Program-made: the position numbers and the translations under genes
Notes under the pieces: model-generated
What the model saw: the letters and a program-made list of their open reading frames with translations, nothing else
Database searches by the model: none
What the model was told of the DNA's origin: nothing
In this document: positions 10,494-20,180 of the stretch, in pieces
How positions within the stretch are numbered: position 1 is the first letter of the stretch
Layout of the letters: each line of letters begins with the position of its first letter
NCBI GenBank assembly: GCA_965237955.1
Contig: OZ250169.1
Span: 1,216,001 to 1,280,000 of the forward strand
Direction of reading: 5' to 3'
Origin: Candidatus Marinacidobacterales bacterium
GTDB taxonomy: Bacteria; Acidobacteriota; Vicinamibacteria; Marinacidobacterales; SMYC01
DNA length: 64,000 bases

Positions 10494-11196
10494 AGAAGTC
10501 GTTTCTTTCTGGGACCCCCCCGCTTGGGGATGGGACCCAATCTTCGCCTGGGCAACGGTATGGCCTGCGACCGGGCATCGGCGCGTCGACGTTCTTCCTC
10601 GTGGGGGGTCTGGTTTTTCTTCCCGAGATGGTCCCCTCACAGCTCGTCCCCTTGGTGACGGAAGCTCTCGGCGCTCTGTGGCTGCTACTGCCCTATGTCC
10701 TACGGGTGGGGCGCTGGGCCCGAGGCCGATAAAAAGCAGACTATAGAAAAAAGTTTCGGAGATTCAGGCGGAAGGGCAACGCGTCTCGGCAAGACTTGAA
10801 GCAAATGCTAACGTGAAAGCAGCGAAGTGGGGCGCGGTCAGCGGCATCCTCAGCGGCGGTGTAGCAGCAGCTATCGTTTCGGCGCTACTCACCGGGCGGT
10901 GCCCTTGAAAGCCGCTTACTAGAAGAGGTGTTCAAGGTACCACAATCGTCCCGATTGGGCTTTGGTGCAATCTGGTGGACTCGCGCGTGGCCATAGGAGC
11001 GGCGTCTTCGGCGCCGGTGACATCTGACATCGCTTTCATTGCACTGGGCTAGAGGGGCATGGCTACGGGTCTGTTGGCACGAGTCGAGGGCGCAACGGTT
11101 TTTCGCGCGCCACGGATTTCGTCTCCGAGACGGGGTAGACGTGTACCCAGCCGGGCAGTGTGCGCTTAGAATGGTGAAGTCTTTGGAGGTGAAATC

Positions 11197-11937
11197 ATGA
11201 AACTCGACCGAAGAGCGTTCCTGGCATCCAGTGCCGCGGGCTTGGCCGCCGCTTCTCGCCCGTTGAAGGTTTCGGCCGACGATGATCCTCTCGGCGTACG
11301 GAAGGACTTTCCCGCTGCTACGAACTGCACATACCTCAACACTCCGTTCATCTCGCCGCCACCTCGCTCGGTCGAGGAGGCGGGTGTTGCGTTCCTGCGC
11401 GCAAAGACGACCGCTCGCCGCACCCACGGCTCCATGTTCGAGACAACCGATGAAGCGCGCGGCCTGTTCGCATCGCTCTTTGGCGCCAAAACCGAGGAAG
11501 TCGCGTTTCTCTTTACCACCAGTGAAGGTGAGAACATCGTGGCGGCAGAGTTTCGTCTCCACGAAACGGCGAGGAAGTACGAGTACGCGACGGTCACCTT
11601 TGGTTCGCTCTATCAGCTGGTTGCAGGACTGAAGTACCTGACCGATGTCGGTCTCGAGAGCATCGAGGCTCATACGGTGGGTCTGGCGTCCTATATGCGA
11701 GCCGGACTCGTTGACCAGGGCCTCAAGGTGCGCACTCCGGAGGGAAACGCCTCCGCCATCGTGTCCTTTTACCACGGCGCGGACCCGAAGGCGGCGCGGT
11801 CGCTCTTCGAGAAAGAGAACATCGCGGTCGGCTTTCGCGAGAACGGCACCGGGATACGGGCCGGCGCGGCGCTCTTCAACACCAAGTCGGATATCGACCA
11901 CTTGCTGGCAACGACGAAGACCCTCGCACCTGCATGA
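11197..11937 (+). pseudogene. Tat-exported class V aminotransferase/cysteine desulfurase-like protein with large in-frame internal deletion
   Basis: RRAFL Tat motif; VRKDFP..TYLNT; FTTSEGENIVAA joined directly to ARKYEYAT; the PLP-binding Asp/Lys region is absent; only 246 aa. Confidence 0.75.
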
Positions 11938-11957
11938 AACGCTACGCTGCCTACGAT

Positions 11958-12124
11958 CCCGTCTGGTTAAAATACTCGAATGCCCAGTGGGTCAGCACGT
12001 TCGAAGCGCCCCCATCGCTCGCAGCCGTTTGAAACCGACGCCCTGGTCGGGTACCTACTCCAGTTCTTCGGGAGGAGACACGATGGACTGGAAGACAATG
12101 CTGGTCTACATCACGGGATCGGTT
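11958..12124 (+). mobile_element. Second, truncated copy of the left end of the rve-integrase element
   Basis: Near-identical to about 4073-4237, including the IR and the MDWKTMLVYITGSV start. Confidence 0.9.
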
Positions 12125-12260
12125 TTCCAGCACGCTCGAAGGCTCCGCCACCGTCACCTCGCCGTTGACCCCCTTGAATACGTGTGGTGCTTACATGAGT
12201 GGGGTTCTCGGCATTTCGGCGACGATGTCCACTCGAAAAGTCTTCAAGACATGCCTCGCG

Positions 12261-13574
12261 CTAATTGCGCCGGAAGACAATTCCGTCCTTCATGACGAAG
12301 GACACAAGCTTCAGGGCCTGGATGTCCTCGAGGGGGTTCTCCGGCGTACCTATGAGGTCTGCCGCCATGCCGGGTCGGATGCCGCCACGCTGGTCCTCCA
12401 CGCCGAGCAACCGCGCCGGCTTGGTGGTCATGGCCTGCAAGATTTCATTGGGCGGGATCCCGGCTGCGGCCCAGGTGTCGATGGCCCAGATGCTGACTTG
12501 CCCGCGCGAGAATCCGGGGGTACGCCTTAGGATATCAGAACCATACACCATCTCGACCCCGATGCGATGAGCTCGTTTCAAACGATCAAGGTCCCTCTCG
12601 TATACACTGAGGTGGCGTTCTATGTTGTAGCGGTCAGGTCCCAGCGCGTGTTCGGTGCCCACGAGAACGATTCCTTTTTGCTTGGCGAGCTCCAGCGCCT
12701 CATCGCTCATCGCGTAGCCGTGCTCGATGGAGGCGACACCCCCCTCGATAGCGAGACGCGCTCCCCGTTCGGTCACGGCATGGGCGGCCACCTTGACTCC
12801 CGCTGTTCGCGCTTCTTCCACCATGAACTGGATGTCCTCCACGGAGAAGACGTAATTGTAGTCATCGATGATGATCTTGATCCACGTCGCTCCGTAGTGG
12901 AGGTTCTGGCGGATGGCTTTTCTCATCTCATCGCGGGTGTCGGCGTAGAAATAGTCCTGCAACCCCACGTTGGGAAAGTCGGGGTTGACACGGAACTGCC
13001 CTCCGAAAACGGAGATCTCCTTGCCGGAAATGAAAAGCGTCGGACCGAGAACCCGGCCGATTTGCCCGGGAGAAGGTTTGGCGAAGTCAGCTACCTGGCC
13101 CATATCGGCAACCGGGGGAGCGCTGAGGAAACGTAAGAGCGCGGCGTCAGCCCAATTCCCGGCGTTTCCCAGATCGCGTATGGTCGTGAATCCGGCTTCC
13201 AGCATAGATTGGGCATTCAGCAGACTCAGGATGGCACGCTCGGCGGTGGGGACTTCGATGTTGTATAGGGTGAAGCCCCCCGTGTAGTAATCGAGGTACG
13301 CGATGCCAAGATGAGTGTGGCAGTCGAAGAGACCGGGAAGCACCGTCAGGGAAGACAGGTCGAGCTTTACCGCGCCGGCGGGGATCGTCGGATTCTCACC
13401 CACCTCACGGATCACCCCGTCCTCGATGACGAGGATCTGGTTCGACCGAGCCGTACCCGTCTCGGGATCGACGAGCTTGCCCGCGGTGATGACAGTCACT
13501 TGAGCCTCCGCGGCCGAGATCCAGAGGGCAAGGGAAGCGACGGTCGAGAATTTGAAGTAAGGTCGCAGCTTCAT
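12261..13574 (-). CDS. Secreted amidohydrolase (Xaa-Pro dipeptidase-like)
   Basis: GGAGAGG RBS + ATG at 13574; signal peptide; VLPGLFDCHTH, GATWIK, VAAHA, SIEHG, YGSD, GMAADLI. Confidence 0.9.
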   Translation of the reverse strand: MKLRPYFKFSTVASLALWISAAEAQVTVITAGKLVDPETGTARSNQILVIEDGVIREVGENPTIPAGAVKLDLSSLTVLPGLFDCHTHLGIAYLDYYTGGFTLYNIEVPTAERAILSLLNAQSMLEAGFTTIRDLGNAGNWADAALLRFLSAPPVADMGQVADFAKPSPGQIGRVLGPTLFISGKEISVFGGQFRVNPDFPNVGLQDYFYADTRDEMRKAIRQNLHYGATWIKIIIDDYNYVFSVEDIQFMVEEARTAGVKVAAHAVTERGARLAIEGGVASIEHGYAMSDEALELAKQKGIVLVGTEHALGPDRYNIERHLSVYERDLDRLKRAHRIGVEMVYGSDILRRTPGFSRGQVSIWAIDTWAAAGIPPNEILQAMTTKPARLLGVEDQRGGIRPGMAADLIGTPENPLEDIQALKLVSFVMKDGIVFRRN

Positions 13575-13989
13575 GTTCCTCTCCTTTTGAAGGGCAGCGT
13601 TCAGTATCCACAGGCACCAATGGGTTCGGACTATTGTATTTCCTAGATAACGTGATAGGAAATAGCGTTGTGCCTCCTCAATAATTGTCCGGTTTGAAAT
13701 CAGAGACTTACGCACGGCGGTCGCCCTACCCAGACCAGGCGATCGCCAGCTTGAGATCGGGGTCAAAGACGGGGAAACTCCGCCACCATGCTCCGTGTTC
13801 TTGTTTTGTGTCTCGGCGCGACCGTGCTCTACGGTTGGGTCCTCATGGTGTATCCGGTGCTGAGCGCGAGCGCCATTCGTGTGTCTGCCGCCATCCTTAT
13901 TAGTAGGCATCGGCGCGATCACGTGCGCCGTGCCGAGCCGGCTGCCGCCCGCCCCGATCGTGGACGAGCTTCTGGCGGCCTGGAGTAAC

Positions 13990-14255
13990 AGTTGATGGCG
14001 GAAGCACCGCCATTTGACTCTTCGAGTCCATAGAGCGTAGCGATGTTCGGGTGGTTCAGCGAAGCCAGGACCTTTGCTTCTCGCTTGAATCGGGCTAGGC
14101 GTTCTTCGTTCTCAGCGAACTCCTCGGCCAAGACTTTGATCGCCACGTCCCGGCCGAGCTTGGAGTCCTTTGCCCTATAGACCTCTCCCATCCCGCCCTT
14201 ACCGATGGGCTCGAGGATCTCGTAGTGGGCGAGTTTGTGACCAGGTTAGAGTGAC
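13990..14255 (-). pseudogene. Ser/Thr protein kinase N-terminal remnant
   Basis: HYEILEPIGKGGMGEVYRAKDSKLGRDVAIKVL..LARFKREAKVLASLNHPNIATLYGLEE, then truncated; early in-frame stop. Confidence 0.85.
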
Positions 14256-14463
14256 ACGACGTCGACGATGTTACGATGATGGTCGCCGGTCGGCAACTCA
14301 TGAAACCGTCAAGAATCGTCCAAAGCTGCTCGTGAGCTTTTGCAGCCCCGGCAACCCGTGCCGCTGTATGTATTCTTCTTTTTTTCTCCACGTCGACTCC
14401 CGTTGCTTGAAGCTTCCCGGCTGTCTACAATCTCTAGAACTCTTTCGCCGGTCACTAGGGGAG

Positions 14464-15550
14464 TGCCTTGGTGCACAACTCGCGATCTCGGTCCACAATT
14501 GTCCTTTACTCACGGATTCGAGGTTCCCCATGAGCATTTTCAAACGCACTCAGCGGAAGTATGTGAAGAAGGCCTATCGCGTGAGGAATTGGCGTGAATA
14601 TGAGGCGGGTCTACGCAACCGTGGGAGCCTGACCGTCTGGATCTCGCTCACCGCCGGCAAGCTTGTGAACTGGGACGCGCCCCGGCCGAGGAGGAGGAAC
14701 CCGGGCCGTCAACGCAAGTACTCGAACCACGCCATCGAGACGGCTGTCACCCTGGGCATGGTGTTTCATCTGTCATCTAGGCAGAGCGAGGGATTGCTGC
14801 GGTCGTTGTTCGCTCTGATGAAGCTAGACAATGATGTGCCCGATCACACCACGATCTCGAGGCGCAAGGCGAAGCTGGGTAAGGTCCCCTTCTACCAAGA
14901 CAAGCAGAAGACGCCGTTGCACATCTTGATCGACAGCAGCGGTCTCGCTGTCCACGCCGGCCAGCTGCGCAGAGCACCAAAGAGCAGGGACTATCGCAAG
15001 CTCCATCTGTGTGTCGACGAGCAGACTGGCGAAGTCGTCGCCGGCGAGCTGACGAGCAAAAGAGCCCGCGATTCATCGCGGGTTGCATCGCTTGTCGGAC
15101 AGATCGACAGTCCCATCTCATCGGCCAGAGCTGACACCGCATACGACGCCGGCGGCGTCTATGAGGCAATCGAGAATCACAGCGCTCATTGCTCGCCGAG
15201 GGTGCTGATACCGCCGCGCAAGGGCGCCCAGCTCGCATCGGGGCCGGCGAGCAGCCGACAGCGCAATCGCAACATTGCAGCACAAGCTCGGCTCGGCAAA
15301 CGAAAGTGGCACACAGAATCGGGCTACAGCAAACGGAGCAAAGTCGAGACAACGTTCCATCGCTACAAGGCTATCGTGGGCTCAGCGATGCGAGCGAGAG
15401 GGTTGGCGGCACAGAGAGTCGAGGCAAGGATCGGGTGCAAGATTCTCAACACGATGACGGCGCTCGGGATGCCTGATAGCGAGATGATCGGATGATGGGA
15501 GTCGGGGCCAAGCGAGCTCTCGGCCTCTATCGGAGTTGTGCACCAAGGCA
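14464..15550 (+). mobile_element. IS5-family (IS903 group) insertion sequence
   Basis: Perfect 18-bp IR TGCCTTGGTGCACAACTC / GAGTTGTGCACCAAGGCA; no target duplication visible. Confidence 0.9.
14530..15495 (+). CDS. IS5/IS903-type DDE transposase
   Basis: YRVRNWREYEAGLRNRGSLTVW, VPDHTTISRR, IDSSG, YRKLHL, ADTAYD, SGYSKRSKVETTFHRYK. Confidence 0.93.
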   Translation: MSIFKRTQRKYVKKAYRVRNWREYEAGLRNRGSLTVWISLTAGKLVNWDAPRPRRRNPGRQRKYSNHAIETAVTLGMVFHLSSRQSEGLLRSLFALMKLDNDVPDHTTISRRKAKLGKVPFYQDKQKTPLHILIDSSGLAVHAGQLRRAPKSRDYRKLHLCVDEQTGEVVAGELTSKRARDSSRVASLVGQIDSPISSARADTAYDAGGVYEAIENHSAHCSPRVLIPPRKGAQLASGPASSRQRNRNIAAQARLGKRKWHTESGYSKRSKVETTFHRYKAIVGSAMRARGLAAQRVEARIGCKILNTMTALGMPDSEMIG

Positions 15551-16332
15551 TCGCCGAGCCACGAATCGTTTTCCCGGCGGAAGCGCGCCTCGCCAACGAT
15601 AGGCTCGTCTACCGCAACCTCGGGCATCATCTCGTGAACGAGCGAGCCTTCGATGGTATGGGTGAGACTCGCCTCCGCGAGCAACGGCGCAAACGACTCG
15701 ATCCGGATCGTGCCCGTCCCATACGAGGCGCCTTTCTCAACACGGAAGTCGGTGACTTCAGCGCTCGTGGGACCGATGCGCAATCGCGCGCTTACCGCAT
15801 CGAGGACAGGAAAGCGCTCGCGTGCGGTCAGACGAGCTCGTCCGGTAGCGAGACTCCCTTCCCAGGACCCATCGTGAGGAACCACGCGAGACTCGATGTC
15901 CTCGAGCTCGAGATCGCCGAAGATCAGGAGTCCGTCGGTGACCGCGACGGCGATGCCGAAGAGCCCGGTGGGCAATCGTAGCGGAGCTCCAGTCTCACTG
16001 TCCCCCGGACGGACGCGAACTTCCGGCGAACGAACCATGAGTGACGTCGTGCTCCAAGGACTGAAACTGAGGACGAGCTCGTCCACTCGAACCGATACAC
16101 CTTCGCCGGCAGAGGACCAGGCGAAGCCGAAGCCGCGAATCTCCCCAAGCCACAGGCGGTAGTCCAGGTGCTCGACACTCGAGCTACCGCCGAGACGATC
16201 ATCCAATGACTTGATGATGAACCGCCGCGCCGCGTCCTTGAACCTGGACGTGTGGACCAACAGGCCGATGAGACAAAGCGCAGCCAGGCAGTAGGCGAAC
16301 GCTTTGAGTAACGATCGACCCTTGGTTTTCAC
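15551..16332 (-). pseudogene. AsmA/TamB-like envelope protein, 3' truncated by IS5
   Basis: N-terminal TM anchor followed by beta-rich repeats; the frame runs into the IS5 right IR. Confidence 0.55.
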
Positions 16333-16406
16333 AATGAGCTCCGTCGCGACGGGCGAAGCTCATTCTAGCGTGACGGCGGTAGCGTCACTGACATCGCCTT
16401 GCGGAT

Positions 16407-17858
16407 CTACAAATAGGGCGTCAGCAACCGCGCCGCGCCGTCGCGGAGACGGAGCGGAAGGCTCCGGCTTTCGACTTCTTTCCTTTCCAAGCGGCGCGCT
16501 TGGCGGATGCGTTCCATGACGAGCTCTCTCATACGCTTCGCGAGCTCACGGTCGTAGCATTCGACGTTGAACTCGAAGTTGAGCCTGAGGCTTCTCGGAT
16601 CCCAGTTCGTCGAACCGAACAGTACCCAGTAGTCATCCACGACCATCAGCTTGCTGTGATCGAAAGGTGTTTCCGGAGCAAGCCAAACGCGGACGCCGTG
16701 TCCGAGCACTTGCGCGATCTGGCCCCACATGGCCCAGGTGACGAGGTTGAGGTTCCCCTTCTCGGGAATCACGACGTCGACGTCGAGGCCGCTCAACGCG
16801 GCCGTATTGAGGGCGTAGACGAGCGGTTGATCAGGAAGGAAGTAGGGCGTGATGATGCGGATCGACCGTTCCGCGCACGCGATCGCACCCATGAGGGTGA
16901 AGTTCAAGACGTCGAGGTCAGCGTCGGGGCCGTCGAGAATGCCACGAGCGATGGTGTTCCCGGCCGGCTCGAGATCCGGATTCCACTTCGCGCCATCGAG
17001 CGACTCGCCGGTGGTGAACTCCCAATCCTCGGCGAAGGCATCCCGGAGGTGCGCGACAACGGGACCCTCGACGCGGAAGTGGAGATCCATCCCCGGGTGT
17101 TTCGGTCCGTTCGAGAGAACGAAGTCTTGGCGAATGTTCATCCCTCCGGTGAAACCGATGCGTCCATCGACGACCATGACCTTCCGATGGTTGCGCAAGT
17201 TGAACGAGGGCACACGTGTCGAGAACGTCGGCAGGAACGTGGCGACGGGCACGTCGCTCCGCCGGAGAAGCCGCGAGATCGGAGGGCGCGAGTAGCGCGA
17301 GCCCACGTGGTCGATGAGAACCCGTACTTCGACGCCGCGCTCTTTCGCGGCCTTGAGCGCTTCGAGAAACAACTTTCCCGCGGAGTCGTGATCAAAGATG
17401 TAGGTGAGAAGGACGACGGACTTTTCGGCGTTCCCAATCGCCTCTAGCATCGCTGGATATGCTTCGTCCCCGTTGACGAGTGGCTCCACGCAGTTGCCCG
17501 CCAGAAGCGTCCGCGAGGTGACGTTCCCGATGAGATGGGCGAGCTCGACGGCTTCGTCGTCCGCGTCGAGCAAGCTCGCGATGTCACCCGGAATCAGGCT
17601 GTCGCCGGGCCAGCGATCCTCCCTCTCCTCTTCGGCCTCACGCCTGAGGGCGACGGCGCGACGCCGGATGCGGTTGATGCCGATGAAGTAATAGAGGACG
17701 GATCCGATGACCGGCGCCAGAAGGATGAGACCGACCCACGCGATCGCCGCGCGCACTTCGTTCTTGAACAAGAGCGCATGGACGACAGCGACGGTTGCCG
17801 CGACGACGACGAGTGCCGACCCGGCTAGCAACAAATGCGACGCAACCCATTCGATCAT
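16407..17858 (-). CDS. cls: Cardiolipin synthase (phospholipase D family)
   Basis: Two N-terminal TM helices; two HKD motifs (RNHRKVMVVD, HSKLMVVD); GSTNWDPRSLRLNFE. Confidence 0.93.
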   Translation of the reverse strand: MIEWVASHLLLAGSALVVVAATVAVVHALLFKNEVRAAIAWVGLILLAPVIGSVLYYFIGINRIRRRAVALRREAEEEREDRWPGDSLIPGDIASLLDADDEAVELAHLIGNVTSRTLLAGNCVEPLVNGDEAYPAMLEAIGNAEKSVVLLTYIFDHDSAGKLFLEALKAAKERGVEVRVLIDHVGSRYSRPPISRLLRRSDVPVATFLPTFSTRVPSFNLRNHRKVMVVDGRIGFTGGMNIRQDFVLSNGPKHPGMDLHFRVEGPVVAHLRDAFAEDWEFTTGESLDGAKWNPDLEPAGNTIARGILDGPDADLDVLNFTLMGAIACAERSIRIITPYFLPDQPLVYALNTAALSGLDVDVVIPEKGNLNLVTWAMWGQIAQVLGHGVRVWLAPETPFDHSKLMVVDDYWVLFGSTNWDPRSLRLNFEFNVECYDRELAKRMRELVMERIRQARRLERKEVESRSLPLRLRDGAARLLTPYL

Positions 17859-18096
17859 CGGCGAGAGGCATCAAGAATAGCATGGTGGTTGTTGTCATCC
17901 CCAGTGGACGTTTTCGTCCTCTCGCGGGTCCGTCGCACGGTGTAAATCGCACCATAACAGCAGGTTCCGCCGACCCGAAAGCACTGCGGCAACGTGATTT
18001 CCGGTTCTCAGGCCGCGCGTCACGTGTTGTGGCCCTGACTTTGCAGATGAGTTACCATGGGTAAGGATCAGGGCGATTCCCGCCCATCCGGGGCGC

Positions 18097-18915
18097 ATGA
18101 CGATAAAAACATTGCGGCATTGGATACGAAACTTGGCACCGTGGTGCTTGGCCCTCACGCTCGTCGGTTGCAGCGCGAGCCAGCAAACATCTGTGCCGAC
18201 GCCCCCAGAGCCCCCGACGTCGCCGTCGTCACCGACGGACACGGGGGAATTCGAAGCGACGCCTACCACGCCGTCCCCAGCAGAGGCGCCGTCCGCGGAA
18301 GCACCATCGCTTCCCGAGCCCGCCGGCGAATCAGGAGACGAGACCGACGCCGCAGGCGAAGAGGCCGAGGCCGGCGGTGAAGCGGAAGCTGAGGCCAGCG
18401 CAGAAGCATCTGCCGCGGACGCACCGGCCGGGGGTGCGGAAACTTCGGAAGAGCGACGGGCCGGGCTCGATGGCAAGCTCGATGAATCGCTTCGTGAGTT
18501 CGACGGTCTCATTCTCAAAGAACAAGAAATCCTCGATGAGCGCCGCGAAGAAACCGCTGCGAATGCAGGCGGTGGCGGTGGTCTCGCAAGTGCGGAAGGA
18601 AGCACCGGTGGCGGCGGCAGCACTGAAGACGCCGATGTCGATGTCGATGCCGCATCCCAGGAGCAACGGGGAGGCACGGGTGGATCGCCTGACGCTCCGC
18701 CCGAGGATTCCGCACCGGCCTCACCGGAAGCCACGATCGACGGTGACCCCACGGCAACAGACCTCAATGGTCGGGTTCCCGGGGATGTCGGCGACGGTCG
18801 CGATGACGACATCGTGGCTCGCCAGCTCCGCGAGGCGGCCATGCAGGAAAAGGATCCTGCGCTTCGCGAACGACTGTGGGACGAATACCGCACGTACAAG
18901 AGCGGCACTAAATAG
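18097..18915 (+). CDS. Acidic low-complexity lipoprotein with a helical C-terminal motif (operon gene 1)
   Basis: Lipobox LVGC; long P/E/A/G-rich linker; short helices LDGKLDESLREFDGLILKEQ and DDDIVARQLREAAMQEKDPALRERLWDEYRTYK. Confidence 0.8.
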   Translation: MTIKTLRHWIRNLAPWCLALTLVGCSASQQTSVPTPPEPPTSPSSPTDTGEFEATPTTPSPAEAPSAEAPSLPEPAGESGDETDAAGEEAEAGGEAEAEASAEASAADAPAGGAETSEERRAGLDGKLDESLREFDGLILKEQEILDERREETAANAGGGGGLASAEGSTGGGGSTEDADVDVDAASQEQRGGTGGSPDAPPEDSAPASPEATIDGDPTATDLNGRVPGDVGDGRDDDIVARQLREAAMQEKDPALRERLWDEYRTYKSGTK

Positions 18916-18931
18916 TAATGTGGAGGCAGCC

Positions 18932-20161
18932 ATGACGGCAACGAGTTGGGCTCGAGTGGTGACGGCATCGATTCTCGTCCTCGGACTCATCGCGACCTCC
19001 GCGCTGGCCGAAGACAAACCCGTCGAGCTCGTGCAAGCTCAAACGGAAGTGCCGGAGGAATTGCTGCTCGACGTCGGTATCCAGCTCTTCGACCCCGGGC
19101 TTCCCGACGACGAGTACGAACGCTACCTGCTCGAAGAGAAGGGTGTCTTCGCCGACGTGCGCAAATCCGAAGCGCGCTATTTCCCGCTACGCCTCAAACA
19201 AGCTCTGGAGACTTCGGGGTTTTGGGGCGCGGTTCGCCTCGTGCCATACTCTCACGTCGTCGACGTTCGTATCGGCGGCTTGATCTGGAAGTCCAACGGC
19301 AAGAAGCTGGAAGTCTTCATCAAGGTCGTCGACGCGACCGGCAAAGAGTGGCTCGACAAAGGCTATAAGGCTGAGGCCAACCGGCTGGCCTATTTGGACA
19401 AAGAGACCGACCGCGAGCCGTTCCAAGATCTCTACAACGAGATAGCGAACGATCTTCTCAAGGTGAGCAGAAAACTCGACGAGGAGGTCGTCGTCGAGAT
19501 CCGACGCATTACCGAGCTTCGGTTCGCGGACTACCTGGCGCCGACCGCGTTCGCGGACTACCTTGAGGCCAAGAAAACCAAGTACAAAATTGAACGGTTG
19601 CCTCCGTACGAGGATCCGATGATGCTCCGGCTCGCCGAGATCCGCGAGCGCGACTTCATGTTCGTCGACACCCTCAACGAGTACTACGCGGACTTCGACG
19701 CACAAATGAAAGAGCCCTACGACGGCTGGCGCGAGTTCAGCTATGAGGAGCAGGTCGCTCTCGATGAGCTGAACAAGAAGAAAAAGATGGAGATGATCGC
19801 GGGCATCGCCGCCGTCGTTGGAGGCGTTGTCGCGACCACCAACGGCGGACGCTGGGGTCACGGCGGAGGCCAAGTGGCCATTCTTGGCGGGATGGCAGCC
19901 ATCCAGGACAGCCTCCAGAAGGCCCAGGAAGCCGAGATGCACCGCGAGGGGCTTCGAGAGCTCGCCGCGTCGTTCGATTCCGAGATCACCCCCATCCTCC
20001 TCGATGTCGAGGGGGAGGTGTTGCGCCTCACCGGTTCCGTGGATACACAGTACGCAACATGGCGCCAACTTCTTCGTCACATTTTTGCAGCCGAGACGGG
20101 ACTGCCCTTGGACCCCAACGCCGCGCCGATTCCGGCGACGGAGGGTGAGTCCAAAAACTGA
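18932..20161 (+). CDS. Secreted uncharacterised protein with glycine-zipper hairpin (operon gene 2)
   Basis: GGAGG RBS + ATG at 18932; signal peptide ending ALA; IAGIAAVVGGVVA..GGGQVAILGGMAAI segment between helical stretches. Confidence 0.8.
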   Translation: MTATSWARVVTASILVLGLIATSALAEDKPVELVQAQTEVPEELLLDVGIQLFDPGLPDDEYERYLLEEKGVFADVRKSEARYFPLRLKQALETSGFWGAVRLVPYSHVVDVRIGGLIWKSNGKKLEVFIKVVDATGKEWLDKGYKAEANRLAYLDKETDREPFQDLYNEIANDLLKVSRKLDEEVVVEIRRITELRFADYLAPTAFADYLEAKKTKYKIERLPPYEDPMMLRLAEIRERDFMFVDTLNEYYADFDAQMKEPYDGWREFSYEEQVALDELNKKKKMEMIAGIAAVVGGVVATTNGGRWGHGGGQVAILGGMAAIQDSLQKAQEAEMHREGLRELAASFDSEITPILLDVEGEVLRLTGSVDTQYATWRQLLRHIFAAETGLPLDPNAAPIPATEGESKN

Positions 20162-20180
20162 CTCTCGGTTGGACCCGGCC

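Noticed and set aside
10421-10732. 103-aa ORF with a hydrophobic tail
   Set aside because: Its 5' part overlaps the displaced cupin C-terminus in another frame; no RBS or motif
19818-20180. N-terminal extension of the kinase ORF, and similarly 18377-18931, 13575-13922, 14170-14529 and 5901-6065
   Set aside because: These overlap other genes or element ends; downstream starts fit RBS positions and domain boundaries better
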